Origin: a virus
Lineage: Duplodnaviria > Heunggongvirae > Uroviricota > Caudoviricetes
Length of the DNA: 64,000 bases
Reading direction: 5' to 3' (one strand)
IMG/VR virus record: IMGVR_UViG_3300042901_002340
In this document: piece by piece, positions 35,019-45,152 of the stretch
How the letters are laid out: each line of letters opens with the position of its first letter
Numbering within the stretch: the first letter of the stretch is position 1
Notes under the pieces: generated by a model
Seen by the model: the letters and a program-made list of their open reading frames with translations, nothing else
Databases searched by the model: none
Told to the model about the DNA's origin: nothing
Position numbers and translations under genes: made by a program

Positions 35019-37511
35019 TTATTTATTTCTTGCAAATTTTGGGATATTTAGCAAAGGTTTAGCATTATCTATTATATGTGCTAGTTGAGAATCTCTAACA
35101 ATATTCTGATTAAGCACTGTTGATTGGTTATCTATATCTATCATATTCTTAAATAGTCTTACATTACTAATGTATATTGGACCGGTGTATATCTTGTAAG
35201 AGTTATTATCGGTACCGTAATATGGACTAAACTTATTGGTAACTATATTTGAAGGAGCGCTGAAAACTATATGATCAGTAAACATTCTAGAATCCTCTTG
35301 TAATTTCTCAAGCTTACTAGATTGATCGGGCGAACTGTTTGTTGGATCGTAAGTAATTCCCCATATTATTGACGATATTTGTTTATAAACATTCGAGAAG
35401 TTTATAACTATACCATACCATTCGTCTATGACTGGTACAAATTGTAGAGTTGAATTTATTGTAAGATCATTGAATCTAACAACAAGACTTCCGGTTTCTA
35501 AAAACCTATTAGTTAAATCATCGGTAATACCTGAATGTATAATATCTGCTCTAAATCCTTTAATGTCCCCATTTTGATCCTCATAAAGTCCACTTATTAA
35601 ATTTCTAGATTGTGCTTTTTGCATTATCCATGTTGTTGGCTGGAGAGAAAAATTTTGGGATTTATTTATAACAGTAAATCTATATTCATCTATCACAGAC
35701 TCAACCTTATATCCGCCACTATGTGTAAAATCACCTTTTATCGCTACATACCCCTCAGGATTACTGTCATATGATTCCCATCTTTGGAGATTATGCTTTC
35801 TTGGGTACGAATTAAAGACAAGGAGATCATCATCATATGATTCCAAAGTGATATTTACAACAGGATATGGTCTTTTGGACAATTGCTGATTATTATAAAG
35901 ATTTCTAATACTGAACCATGATGTGAATGCTAATTCTTCACCTATACTAATTTTTGGTAGCATCTTGTATCTTATTGCCTGTCTATATTGCTTGGTTGCA
36001 TAGGTAAAATCTGAATCATCAGCAAAAGCTGAATAAAGATCATAATAATCGTTAAATACTATTGTCCAGTTATTATTGAGATCATACCCAATTATTTCTA
36101 GATCCTTATAAACATAGGATCTTATAGGATCCTGCGACATTTGTGTTATCGTCGTTGCATACTGTTGGGGATTTGTTATTTTAAGTTCCTCGTTCTCAAC
36201 CTCGGTTCCAAATAAATCACTAGTAGTAAGACTTATACCATCAAGTTCCTCTTTGTATGCAGGATCTCTAAAATATGTGTTACTTTTAGGGTTATATTTC
36301 TTAAGCTCCATTTTAAAATAAACAGGAGCATTCATAAAGTCTCTAAATAAATAGGTCGAATTTATTTCATATATTCTATTTGTTATTGGAAAATATATAA
36401 TGTCCCTCTTTCTTGGCTGTGATCCTCTACCAAATATTGACTCAAAATATCTTTTATCCATCTGAACCTCAAATGGATCTTCATAATTTAATCCAAAAGG
36501 ATCAAAATTTATTTTATTGTCAGGAAATTGATTCTGATTAACCATTAATTTAACACATTTCTCGGAGACAACATTAAATATTGTGTATTCTCTAAGAACA
36601 ACGTCCCTACCCCTAGCCTGTGGCTGAACAGAATAATAATTTGCATCAAGTCCAAACATCTTATTGACCATAAGACTTAAATCCTGGTATATGTTTAGTG
36701 CTTTATTGACAGCATAAGGTTTAAATGTAAACCCACAATCGGAAAATACCACAGGTCTATTCGAACTCTCAGGAGAACAAACTGGTGCGGGTCTTATCTG
36801 AACCTTCTCCGGTCCTACCACGAAATCAAGATCAAGATCGAAGCTAACAATAACCACCGATGGATCTATAGGTTCATTAGAATTATAAATTATACCACCA
36901 TCCGAGCCTATTAAAACAGAGGTAAATCTAAACTCCGGATAAAATTTATTGGCAGGATCCAGATTTATAGGAAAAACATCAGAAAAATTATTTGTTAACC
37001 CATTAAGAGCTGTTCCAACATTAGTCCATAACGACCATGTTTTTCCATCTATGCTGTACCTAAAATCTATTACTATATCATCGGAATTAAGTATTGGCCC
37101 ATTATTATTCGAATAGAAAGTATCTATTATCCATCCGTTAAATTTTGTTACATTCTCGAAAGGTTTATCCCAAGATAATACCCTATAACTACCTATATAC
37201 GTGAAGTTTAAGGCACTTTCGAGTTGTTCCATTCTTAAACCATAGTATTCAGGAGTTTCGCACGGCATATACATTGTATTACCGTTTACCACAATTTCAT
37301 GGAACCCACCACAACCTATCTGTTTAGCTCTAGCCATTGCGGCTCCCTCGGTACTAAATATATTATCAACGGAGGATTCCAGAACCTTCTCCGTATTTTC
37401 TAGTCCATCGTGATATGAATATCTAGGATCAGAAATACTATATTGCTCGCCCTCGGTATTATACACAGGCGTACCTTTTTTTGGAAATCTATTCTCTGGG
37501 TAAAAGCTCAT
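35019..37511 (-). CDS. Neck/head-closure (gp14-like) protein with added beta-sandwich domains
   Basis: DPFGL...FE...PRKRDIIYFPITNRIYEI; LamG-like C-terminus (WYGIVIN, ISNVRLF); GATATATA at 37531-37538. Confidence 0.6.
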   Translation of the reverse strand: MSFYPENRFPKKGTPVYNTEGEQYSISDPRYSYHDGLENTEKVLESSVDNIFSTEGAAMARAKQIGCGGFHEIVVNGNTMYMPCETPEYYGLRMEQLESALNFTYIGSYRVLSWDKPFENVTKFNGWIIDTFYSNNNGPILNSDDIVIDFRYSIDGKTWSLWTNVGTALNGLTNNFSDVFPINLDPANKFYPEFRFTSVLIGSDGGIIYNSNEPIDPSVVIVSFDLDLDFVVGPEKVQIRPAPVCSPESSNRPVVFSDCGFTFKPYAVNKALNIYQDLSLMVNKMFGLDANYYSVQPQARGRDVVLREYTIFNVVSEKCVKLMVNQNQFPDNKINFDPFGLNYEDPFEVQMDKRYFESIFGRGSQPRKRDIIYFPITNRIYEINSTYLFRDFMNAPVYFKMELKKYNPKSNTYFRDPAYKEELDGISLTTSDLFGTEVENEELKITNPQQYATTITQMSQDPIRSYVYKDLEIIGYDLNNNWTIVFNDYYDLYSAFADDSDFTYATKQYRQAIRYKMLPKISIGEELAFTSWFSIRNLYNNQQLSKRPYPVVNITLESYDDDLLVFNSYPRKHNLQRWESYDSNPEGYVAIKGDFTHSGGYKVESVIDEYRFTVINKSQNFSLQPTTWIMQKAQSRNLISGLYEDQNGDIKGFRADIIHSGITDDLTNRFLETGSLVVRFNDLTINSTLQFVPVIDEWYGIVINFSNVYKQISSIIWGITYDPTNSSPDQSSKLEKLQEDSRMFTDHIVFSAPSNIVTNKFSPYYGTDNNSYKIYTGPIYISNVRLFKNMIDIDNQSTVLNQNIVRDSQLAHIIDNAKPLLNIPKFARNK

Positions 37512-37558
37512 TCTTATTTGTACTTTTTCTTATATATCAAAAATTCCTAGACTACAAA

Positions 37559-37588
37559 CAAAAAAAGAGGATCTTACGATCCTCTTTA
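37559..37588 (-). terminator. Intrinsic terminator
   Basis: aaagaggatc-ttac-gatcctcttt with U-tract. Confidence 0.85.
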
Positions 37589-37611
37589 TAATTCTATAAG
37601 TTACTTTTAGA

Positions 37612-37884
37612 TTACGATTTCTTATAAATACCACTAACAAGGTCAAGTTTACCTTCACCATGCTCAGCAACAACTTTAGCTTGTAGTTCCTCTTCTCTGA
37701 TATTTATTTTAGCTGCCTCTTCATAAAGGTATTCAAGTTCCTGATTCATCATTTCCAGATCTCTTTTATAAAAAGAAACTTGGACATTCAATCTACCTAT
37801 CTTTACCACGTTTTCGGTAAGCTCATCCTTTAGAGTTTGAACCTCTAATAGTAACTCATCATTTAGTTTAATTTCCTGACTCAT
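37612..37884 (-). CDS. Small coiled-coil hypothetical protein
   Basis: Heptad pattern, HGEGKLDLVSG end; GAAAC-N17-GTATAA at 37926-37899. Confidence 0.7.
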   Translation of the reverse strand: MSQEIKLNDELLLEVQTLKDELTENVVKIGRLNVQVSFYKRDLEMMNQELEYLYEEAAKINIREEELQAKVVAEHGEGKLDLVSGIYKKS

Positions 37885-37928
37885 TTTAATTTTTTAATTT
37901 ATACTAATTTTATTAGATATTGTTTCGA

Positions 37929-38219
37929 TTATATTCCACTTCTTCTAGTAGGAAAAACCCCACCTATTATAGGTGCAATGAATTGTGAAACACCCTTCCT
38001 TGAATCTCCACCGTCCAGGATGTCACTAAAGTCCTTACCCACGGGATTGGGATTCGAATAGAAATTACCAGAAGCCTTAACTTCCATTATCTCCTCGCTG
38101 TCATTTTTTCTAACATAATTGTTTCCTGTACCTACAAAATATAACTGATCTCTCGTTTCACTGTCACTTCCATCAATTATCATATTTTCAATTGATAATA
38201 TTCTATCGTCTATTGCCAT
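37929..38219 (-). CDS. Hypothetical protein
   Basis: ORF tightly packed in operon. Confidence 0.55.
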   Translation of the reverse strand: MAIDDRILSIENMIIDGSDSETRDQLYFVGTGNNYVRKNDSEEIMEVKASGNFYSNPNPVGKDFSDILDGGDSRKGVSQFIAPIIGGVFPTRRSGI

Positions 38220-38233
38220 GTCTATTAGTTTTT

Positions 38234-38980
38234 TTATAATATCTCTCTGTTTCGAGGAGGATTTGTATTTTTTGATATAATCTGTTTAGCTTTAAGTCCA
38301 GCTTGCATAAGGTTACCTCTAAATCTCTCGGTCGAAAGGTCCTTATCAGGGAAATATGTTTCAAGAGCTATTGAAAAATTGAATGTTATATATTCCTGAT
38401 TTCCGTATGTGAATTCATATTGCTTTGTAGACTCATAATCCTCAGGAAACCCCACGGTTGCAGGAATTCTTATTCCTTCGTATTCAAAACTATAACTATA
38501 AGTTTTATAGAATGTTCTGATAACACTTTGATACATCTTGAAAGAATCAAGAAGTGTATCTATTTTCATAGCTATGTTAAAAGTAATATTAAGGGGTATG
38601 GATGTAGTGTGTGAGGAAAGGGTTTTCATTTCACCCTTTACGTCTTCAACCGCATAGGACATTCTAACATATTTATTAGTTAATGCTTGAGTATCAATCA
38701 TACTCGATTGATAAGAAACTACACCTCTCGGCAGAATATCGTAATTACCCTCAGCATGTGGTTTATCAGTAACACAATCCTGATACTCTATAAAGGAGTC
38801 CTGAAGGAAAGCTTCATCCCCTGTAAGGGAAAAAAAGAATGGAACATACACCTCTATTTTTTCCTGCTGATCATTCACTTGAAAGTATGTTACTTTCTCA
38901 TTTAACGATCTAAGCAAACCTATTATTAGATTTCTTAGATATACGTCATCCATATTAAACTTCTCCAAAAATCCGGACAT
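38234..38980 (-). CDS. Tail terminator / sheath stabilizer (gp15-like)
   Basis: YLRNLIIGL, VPFFFS, LPRGV, IPLNITF, FSIALETYFP. Confidence 0.7.
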   Translation of the reverse strand: MSGFLEKFNMDDVYLRNLIIGLLRSLNEKVTYFQVNDQQEKIEVYVPFFFSLTGDEAFLQDSFIEYQDCVTDKPHAEGNYDILPRGVVSYQSSMIDTQALTNKYVRMSYAVEDVKGEMKTLSSHTTSIPLNITFNIAMKIDTLLDSFKMYQSVIRTFYKTYSYSFEYEGIRIPATVGFPEDYESTKQYEFTYGNQEYITFNFSIALETYFPDKDLSTERFRGNLMQAGLKAKQIISKNTNPPRNREIL

Positions 38981-38992
38981 ATAATTCTATTT

Positions 38993-40219
38993 TTATGTTA
39001 CTATTACAAAATTTGTTTTACTTTTTACTGAAGATCCCGCTGCATTGGATGCAGTCATTGTTACAGTATAAATACCAGGGTTATTATATATAACGGTTGG
39101 ATTTCTACCAGTACTTCCTGTTGGAGATGCTGAAGGTCCAAATACCCAATTCCACCCGGTCGGTGCAAATTGCCAAGGATTACTAACACTCGAATCTATA
39201 AATTTTACGCTACCACCAGTAGCTACTCCAGCGGGTAGATATCCAGTAATTACATTTTTTGTTCCACTTAACGCAACAATAGGTGAAGGCGAAACCGTAA
39301 ATTGCCTATTATTAATTACAATTATAACCTTAGCATTTGGAGATAATTCACCAATATCCGTGGTTTTGAGAGAAATATACATACCAGCGGTTAATCCAAC
39401 AGTACTTGTAACATTTATAATAGAAGCAGAGCTTGTCGCTCCTGCTGCTGAAGTGTATATTGGGGGTTGACCTTCCCATATAAAATCAGGATATGGTGGG
39501 GTTGGCACAGGTCCTTGTCTCGTAATAACCCCATCAGGCGTACTGTCAAAATCAGGGTATCCTAAAGGTATATTATCAAGTCTTCCTGGTGTTTTTTGTT
39601 TTATGATAGGAATCTCAGCATATCTTATTTGTAAGGGAAACCCTGAATCATCACAATATTTAGGATGTTCAAAAAATCCGGTTAGATAATCAGATTCAGA
39701 TATTGCTGTAATATTGGTATAATTTAATCTAAGCATCTCCGAACAATCCCTAACTGTACACTGGCTCAATGTCTTAATAACTGCAAATGACTTAACCGTA
39801 CTTTCTATAGTAATTCTTGCTATATTTGGGTTGTCATAAATTATAAAGAAATAATTACTAGTTGTAATTTTTGAGATTATTGGTATATTTCTAGGGGAAA
39901 CTACATTTGTTAAATACTCATTAGGAATATTTGTTCTAGGAGCAAGCAAACCAACACCAAATATACCCATTTGTTTGGCTGACGAAGGAAGGACTTCCAT
40001 ATCCTCTATAGAAGAAAACCTTAAACCATCCACCTTATTCTTCGTGCTCTTTATAAGCATATTTTTTTGAGCCTCTGATGGTGGAATTTCGAAGCTAGTA
40101 ACAGGAATACCTCTCAATTCAGGAATTTTATCCTTGTTGTTCTTTATTAAAGCATTTTCCTGCTTTGGACTTAATTCCTTTGGTTCCTGATTTACCCTTA
40201 TGGATTGTCTAGATCTCAA
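38993..40219 (-). CDS. Virion protein with C-terminal PKD domain
   Basis: VKFIDSS...WNWVFG...NPTVIYNNPGIYTVTMTASNAAG. Confidence 0.7.
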   Translation of the reverse strand: MRSRQSIRVNQEPKELSPKQENALIKNNKDKIPELRGIPVTSFEIPPSEAQKNMLIKSTKNKVDGLRFSSIEDMEVLPSSAKQMGIFGVGLLAPRTNIPNEYLTNVVSPRNIPIISKITTSNYFFIIYDNPNIARITIESTVKSFAVIKTLSQCTVRDCSEMLRLNYTNITAISESDYLTGFFEHPKYCDDSGFPLQIRYAEIPIIKQKTPGRLDNIPLGYPDFDSTPDGVITRQGPVPTPPYPDFIWEGQPPIYTSAAGATSSASIINVTSTVGLTAGMYISLKTTDIGELSPNAKVIIVINNRQFTVSPSPIVALSGTKNVITGYLPAGVATGGSVKFIDSSVSNPWQFAPTGWNWVFGPSASPTGSTGRNPTVIYNNPGIYTVTMTASNAAGSSVKSKTNFVIVT

Positions 40220-40258
40220 TTTAGTTTTTTTATTCTATATATTCGAAAGATCAACTTA

Positions 40259-41923
40259 TTAAAATTGATCAATCGTCATAGAAGAAAAACTATTTGTCTT
40301 TTTTATGTCTATTTTCCAATCAAATATCTCATGTGGCATAGGAGCATGATTTATAACAAATATATTAAGTCCCATCTCTCTAGAATTTTTTTGTAAAACT
40401 CTAAGTATAGATGTCACACCGTCAGGATCCACAGAACTGAATAATTCATCCAGAAATAAAAGATTAATCGTACTAAATTTTAATTTCATCAGTTTCATTA
40501 TAGCGATGAGAACAACAAAATCAACTTTTTTCATCTCGCCAGTACTTAAAGTTTGAACTGGTATTTCTATACCCATCTGGTATATAGAAGCTTTAAATTC
40601 ATCATCGAAAACAACCTGATAATCCAAATGTAATGCTTCTAATAAATCCATTATCTCTGAATTTAATGATGGTAATATAGTTTTTATTGCCATCTGTTTA
40701 ACCCCCTTCTCGCTTAGAATATCGTCCAGTGTCTTAACCCAAGCATTCTTTTCTGCTGATTTAAAAACATCACCCTTTATTTTGTCTCTCTCGGTTTCAA
40801 GATTTTTGATAATTTTTTCGAGAGATCTAACCTGAGCGTCATTTTTCTTATCATCAAGCAATTCAATATCTCTAAGAATATCCCTTATTCTTTGGGATAT
40901 TTTATTGTTCTTATCCTGAAGATCAATCTTAGTTTTTTTCATCTCAGATTCTTTCTCGCGTAATTTAATGATTACCAATTCTGCTTCATCAAGTTTATCT
41001 TTAGACGAATCAAGATCAGTTTCCATTATTGATTTTTTATGCTCGTGGAATTCTCCCGTGAGCGGGCTCTCGCACGTGGGACACATGTCTGACTCGTATA
41101 ATTTTAGACCCTTTCCCAATGATTCAACCTTACCCTTTATTTCAAGAAGTTCCTTGGTTGATGTGTATATAAGATCGGCTAATTTTGTTTCCTCCTCTTT
41201 AAAAGCATCAATTTTTCCAGAATGAAGCACTTGCAATTTTTGGAAAGATTCCAGGGATTTGTTAAGTTCAGATGTTTGGTTTTTAATATCTTCATCCATC
41301 TGACCCAGAAGATTCTCCATTTCCTCCGTTGATTTATTAATGGTTGATTCAGTTGCAGATAGACTTCCGGAGAGAGTATCAAGAGATTCCTTTATTTTTC
41401 TAATCTCACCCTTTAATAATTCTCTCATCTGGTTCAGTATATTAAATCCGAAGATCTTATCTATGATTGCTCTCTTGTCCTGAGGTGACATTTTTATAAA
41501 TGATTTAAAGTCATTTATGGAAAGGGATATCGTATTATTAAACACATAATACGGTATTCCTATCAAATCATCGGCAAGATATGTCTGGACATTTACATTC
41601 CCTGCTTGATCGTAGGGTATACCGTTTATAGACAATGTAAAAACAGAGGGCTCAAGTCCTCTCTCCACAGTTATTATTTTACCATTATTCTCAAATTCAA
41701 TTCTAACCCAAGCATGTCCATTTATTCTATTTGGTATATCACCTAGTTTTTTACCCTCAACCTTTCCATAAAGTGCAAATGCTATTACCTGAGATATTGT
41801 GGTTTTACCCGCACCGTTTTCACCAACAATCTGAAAAAGACAAGCTTCATTCGGAAATTCTAAAGTCTGTAACCTATTACCATACGAGGAGAAATTTCTC
41901 CATTCAATTTTTAATATCTTCAT
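40259..41923 (-). CDS. Recombination ATPase gp46 / SbcC-Rad50
   Basis: NFSSYGN, GENGAGKTT, CPTC hook, LSTGE, LFLDE, INH. Confidence 0.95.
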   Translation of the reverse strand: MKILKIEWRNFSSYGNRLQTLEFPNEACLFQIVGENGAGKTTISQVIAFALYGKVEGKKLGDIPNRINGHAWVRIEFENNGKIITVERGLEPSVFTLSINGIPYDQAGNVNVQTYLADDLIGIPYYVFNNTISLSINDFKSFIKMSPQDKRAIIDKIFGFNILNQMRELLKGEIRKIKESLDTLSGSLSATESTINKSTEEMENLLGQMDEDIKNQTSELNKSLESFQKLQVLHSGKIDAFKEEETKLADLIYTSTKELLEIKGKVESLGKGLKLYESDMCPTCESPLTGEFHEHKKSIMETDLDSSKDKLDEAELVIIKLREKESEMKKTKIDLQDKNNKISQRIRDILRDIELLDDKKNDAQVRSLEKIIKNLETERDKIKGDVFKSAEKNAWVKTLDDILSEKGVKQMAIKTILPSLNSEIMDLLEALHLDYQVVFDDEFKASIYQMGIEIPVQTLSTGEMKKVDFVVLIAIMKLMKLKFSTINLLFLDELFSSVDPDGVTSILRVLQKNSREMGLNIFVINHAPMPHEIFDWKIDIKKTNSFSSMTIDQF

Positions 41924-43044
41924 TATAATTTCTTCTCCTGCTCCTGATTTACCACCATAGTATGGAGTTTAAATAAACTTGTAATTATTTTTTTCTTAAC
42001 GTCATCATCAGAGTCCATGGAATCAACATAAGCTTTTATGAAATCAAGAACATTAAACTGTGTATCACTATCTGAATCAACCATCTGATCAGTTAAGGTT
42101 GTTGACTTATCCGGATCGTATGGGTGAAATTTAAGGAATCTTTGTGTGGTTATCATATCGGTAAGCATACTCAGAGGTGCCTTAAGAGCCATAACCGGAT
42201 CTATCATAATATCAACAAAATTATTTCTGAATTTAGGCTCAAGCTCATCCGGGGTAGATTCCAAGATATCACCAAAATAGAACTTTTTAAATCTAGGAGA
42301 AAAAGTATTTATGTGAACCATTTCAATCATATCCTCTAGATTTAATACAGTAATAGATTTTGGATTGTCCATATCAGATCTAGTTAGTTCATAGGGAGAT
42401 CCAAGCATGGTTATATTTTCATACTTTTGAGAATAATGAATATGACCGGAATAAACCTTGGTAAATTTTTTAAATTTGGTTACATCCGCACCAGATTCAA
42501 CATTAACATATTTGTTAAATTTTAATCCTCTAATATCAGCATGACAGCAAAGAACATCATGCGGTTCCACATATTCTAAAGTTTCAGTTTCTGCGTTATG
42601 GTCCTTCCTCCATGGCATAAGGAAGAAATTCTTATCCATCAGCTTTAGCGTAACTGGATCCTCAAATATGTTTATACCCGGGACCCATTTTATGGATTTG
42701 AGCGAATTTACCTCGTTTGTATTTTTTCCAAATATATCATGATTACCAACAATAACATAAACACCATCAGTAAATATGGAAGATAATTCCTCGGCAATGG
42801 ATATACCTAGATTAAGTACCTTAAGATTTATACTCTGTCTGGAATCAAAAAAATCGCCGAGATGAATAAGCACATCACCCGGCTGATAATTTTTTCTTAC
42901 TAGAGGGAAAAACCAATCAAAGAAATATTCCCTTGTTTGGTCTATCCATTCATTCGAATTGTTTCTTACCCCTAAATGAGTATCCGTTATAAACCAAACT
43001 CTTCTTGCTTTATCGTTTACCAATTTTATAGGTCCTTCATTCAT
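41923..43044 (-). CDS. Recombination nuclease gp47 / SbcD-Mre11
   Basis: DTHLG, GDFFD, GNHD, SGHIH, GSPY. Confidence 0.93.
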   Translation of the reverse strand: MNEGPIKLVNDKARRVWFITDTHLGVRNNSNEWIDQTREYFFDWFFPLVRKNYQPGDVLIHLGDFFDSRQSINLKVLNLGISIAEELSSIFTDGVYVIVGNHDIFGKNTNEVNSLKSIKWVPGINIFEDPVTLKLMDKNFFLMPWRKDHNAETETLEYVEPHDVLCCHADIRGLKFNKYVNVESGADVTKFKKFTKVYSGHIHYSQKYENITMLGSPYELTRSDMDNPKSITVLNLEDMIEMVHINTFSPRFKKFYFGDILESTPDELEPKFRNNFVDIMIDPVMALKAPLSMLTDMITTQRFLKFHPYDPDKSTTLTDQMVDSDSDTQFNVLDFIKAYVDSMDSDDDVKKKIITSLFKLHTMVVNQEQEKKL

Positions 43045-43045
43045 G

Positions 43046-43534
43046 CTAAAACAATTTTCTAATTTTTCTTTTTGATAAAATGCTGTATTTTACTTCCAGC
43101 TCATTTATGATAATCTCCTTATATTTTATGGGAGTTATTTCATAAGCTTTAGCGTATGGTATTTGAACATAATCACAGATCGAGACAAATTTTTCAGAAA
43201 ATGAATATTCGGTATCCTCTAATTTTTCAAGTATTTCCTGAAATAGGTGCGGAACCAGATCTTTCGGTATCTTTTTTTTGTAGCTTAATGGAAACCATCT
43301 AGAAGTTTGAAATGCTTCATAAACTAATTCCTCTAATCTTTTTTTATGTAGGTAATCCTCCTCATCGTAGGATTCACTTAATATGTTATGGCTTTGATCT
43401 ATATCAAAGCTATCATTATAATCGTTATCCTTTGTGGGATTATTATGAGCTCCAAATATCTTATCACCAAGCTGTTTTTTTGCAACATCAGGGGTTTCGT
43501 TTCCGTTCCCTTCTGTCTCTTGGATTTCTTCCAT
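43046..43534 (-). CDS. Hypothetical; C-terminus resembles gp33 late co-activator
   Basis: YSFSEKFVSICDYVQI...KYKEIIINEL...IL..RKLF pattern; weak similarity. Confidence 0.35.
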   Translation of the reverse strand: MEEIQETEGNGNETPDVAKKQLGDKIFGAHNNPTKDNDYNDSFDIDQSHNILSESYDEEDYLHKKRLEELVYEAFQTSRWFPLSYKKKIPKDLVPHLFQEILEKLEDTEYSFSEKFVSICDYVQIPYAKAYEITPIKYKEIIINELEVKYSILSKRKIRKLF

Positions 43535-43550
43535 TTTTTAATGGTTATTT

Positions 43551-44849
43551 TTACTCTACGTGCATAGGTACATTAACGTCTTCAGTAATTCTCATATACT
43601 TATAATCAACGCTAAATACCTTGTAGGCATTTTTATAGCCATCATCTCTATTTGCTAGAATTTTCAATTTATATTCCTTATTAGCATACATAATTGGATC
43701 TTGTATGATACCAAACATTCCGTCAACAGTAGCAACAAGACCTGATGATTCGGCTGCGGAGTTAATACTTAAATCAGAAGCATCAAAATCACCTTGCTTT
43801 GTTTGAGTAGCTGTAATAATTGACCAATTGTTTTGCATGGCCATACCCCTTAAATCCTCAGCAATTTGTTTAATCTTCATATAAGTATTCTCCGAATTTG
43901 CATTCCTCCAGTTCTTCATAATATTAATATAATCCACCACAATCACCTTAAATTTAATTCCCTTAATTTCCTCCATCTTCTTCAAATACCTTTCGATGTC
44001 ATTAACGGATGCTTGAGAAGTTGGAAACTCCTTTATCGTTAAATGACCAGGAACCTTCAGATTGTCGTACATCATCGATCCCAATTTTTTCTTCATTGCT
44101 TGTTCATCGTCAGCAATTTTATTATATTCAGATACAGGAACACCGAGTATATTTGCTCCCATTCTCTTAACATATTTACGATCACTCATCTCCAGAGATA
44201 ATACTGCAACATTATGGCCAGTTTTAACTGCCTGTGCTGCTATATTACCAAGCCATAATGATTTACCAACTTTAGGCATACCCATGAACACATAAAGTGC
44301 TTTAGCAGAAAATCCCCCACCAAGAACAGTATCTATAAATGGGAATCCGCTCGAGAATGTGTTTTGAGTTAGCTGCTTGTGATTCTCAGGATTGAAGAAA
44401 TCCAGACCCTCATCAAAGCTAAAGTTTATACTATTTCTTTCAACTATTATATTCTTGAAAGTATCAATAACAGTTTTTATATTCTCCGAAGAAACAGGAG
44501 TTGATTGGATATACTTTAATCCATCAACAGCAGATTTTGTTAGATTTTTATATTCAACAAAAAATTCAGTTGTCTCCTTTAACCAAACATCCTCATATTT
44601 GGAGAGATCTATGGAATATATCGATCTTATTTCCGAGTGATCAACCATATTACCACCCTTCATTTTGAAAGCTTCAACCATCTGTTCAGCCGAAGGCATT
44701 TCGTGATACTTATCCCAAAATTCCTTAACCCCAGTAAAAATGATACCTAATGATTCATTCTTAAAGAAATCGGGTTTACATGTATCTAGATATGGTGAAT
44801 TTTGAAGTATATACCTAAGTATTACGTTTTCAGAGTGTGTTAAATCCAT
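43551..44849 (-). CDS. Replicative DnaB-like helicase (gp41)
   Basis: GMPKVGKS, SLEM, IKEFPT, VDYINI, IAEDLRG, TATQ, AESSG. Confidence 0.93.
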   Translation of the reverse strand: MDLTHSENVILRYILQNSPYLDTCKPDFFKNESLGIIFTGVKEFWDKYHEMPSAEQMVEAFKMKGGNMVDHSEIRSIYSIDLSKYEDVWLKETTEFFVEYKNLTKSAVDGLKYIQSTPVSSENIKTVIDTFKNIIVERNSINFSFDEGLDFFNPENHKQLTQNTFSSGFPFIDTVLGGGFSAKALYVFMGMPKVGKSLWLGNIAAQAVKTGHNVAVLSLEMSDRKYVKRMGANILGVPVSEYNKIADDEQAMKKKLGSMMYDNLKVPGHLTIKEFPTSQASVNDIERYLKKMEEIKGIKFKVIVVDYINIMKNWRNANSENTYMKIKQIAEDLRGMAMQNNWSIITATQTKQGDFDASDLSINSAAESSGLVATVDGMFGIIQDPIMYANKEYKLKILANRDDGYKNAYKVFSVDYKYMRITEDVNVPMHVE

Positions 44850-44852
44850 TTT

Positions 44853-45152
44853 TTAATTTTTATAATATGGGTTATTGTTTATCTTATACCATATCTTACT
44901 TGCAGTGCTTTTTTTTGTTTCTATAAAATCCCCATCTTCAATCATTTTTTTGATTATCTGGCCGTGGGAATCGCTTTCCCATCTGGAACCAAATATTGAA
45001 TTAAATGTTTGCGGTGAGAATTCCCCATTGGGTCTCTTATCTTTAAGAAGATATAGACTAATCTCGTAGACTATATCTTCCTTAGTTGGATAATTGGGTA
45101 GGGTCTTCCAAACACCCATAAGATATTTGAATTTTATATTATTCTTCTCCAT
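44853..45152 (-). CDS. Hypothetical small protein (possible winged helix)
   Basis: ORF coupled between uvsX and the helicase. Confidence 0.6.
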   Translation of the reverse strand: MEKNNIKFKYLMGVWKTLPNYPTKEDIVYEISLYLLKDKRPNGEFSPQTFNSIFGSRWESDSHGQIIKKMIEDGDFIETKKSTASKIWYKINNNPYYKN

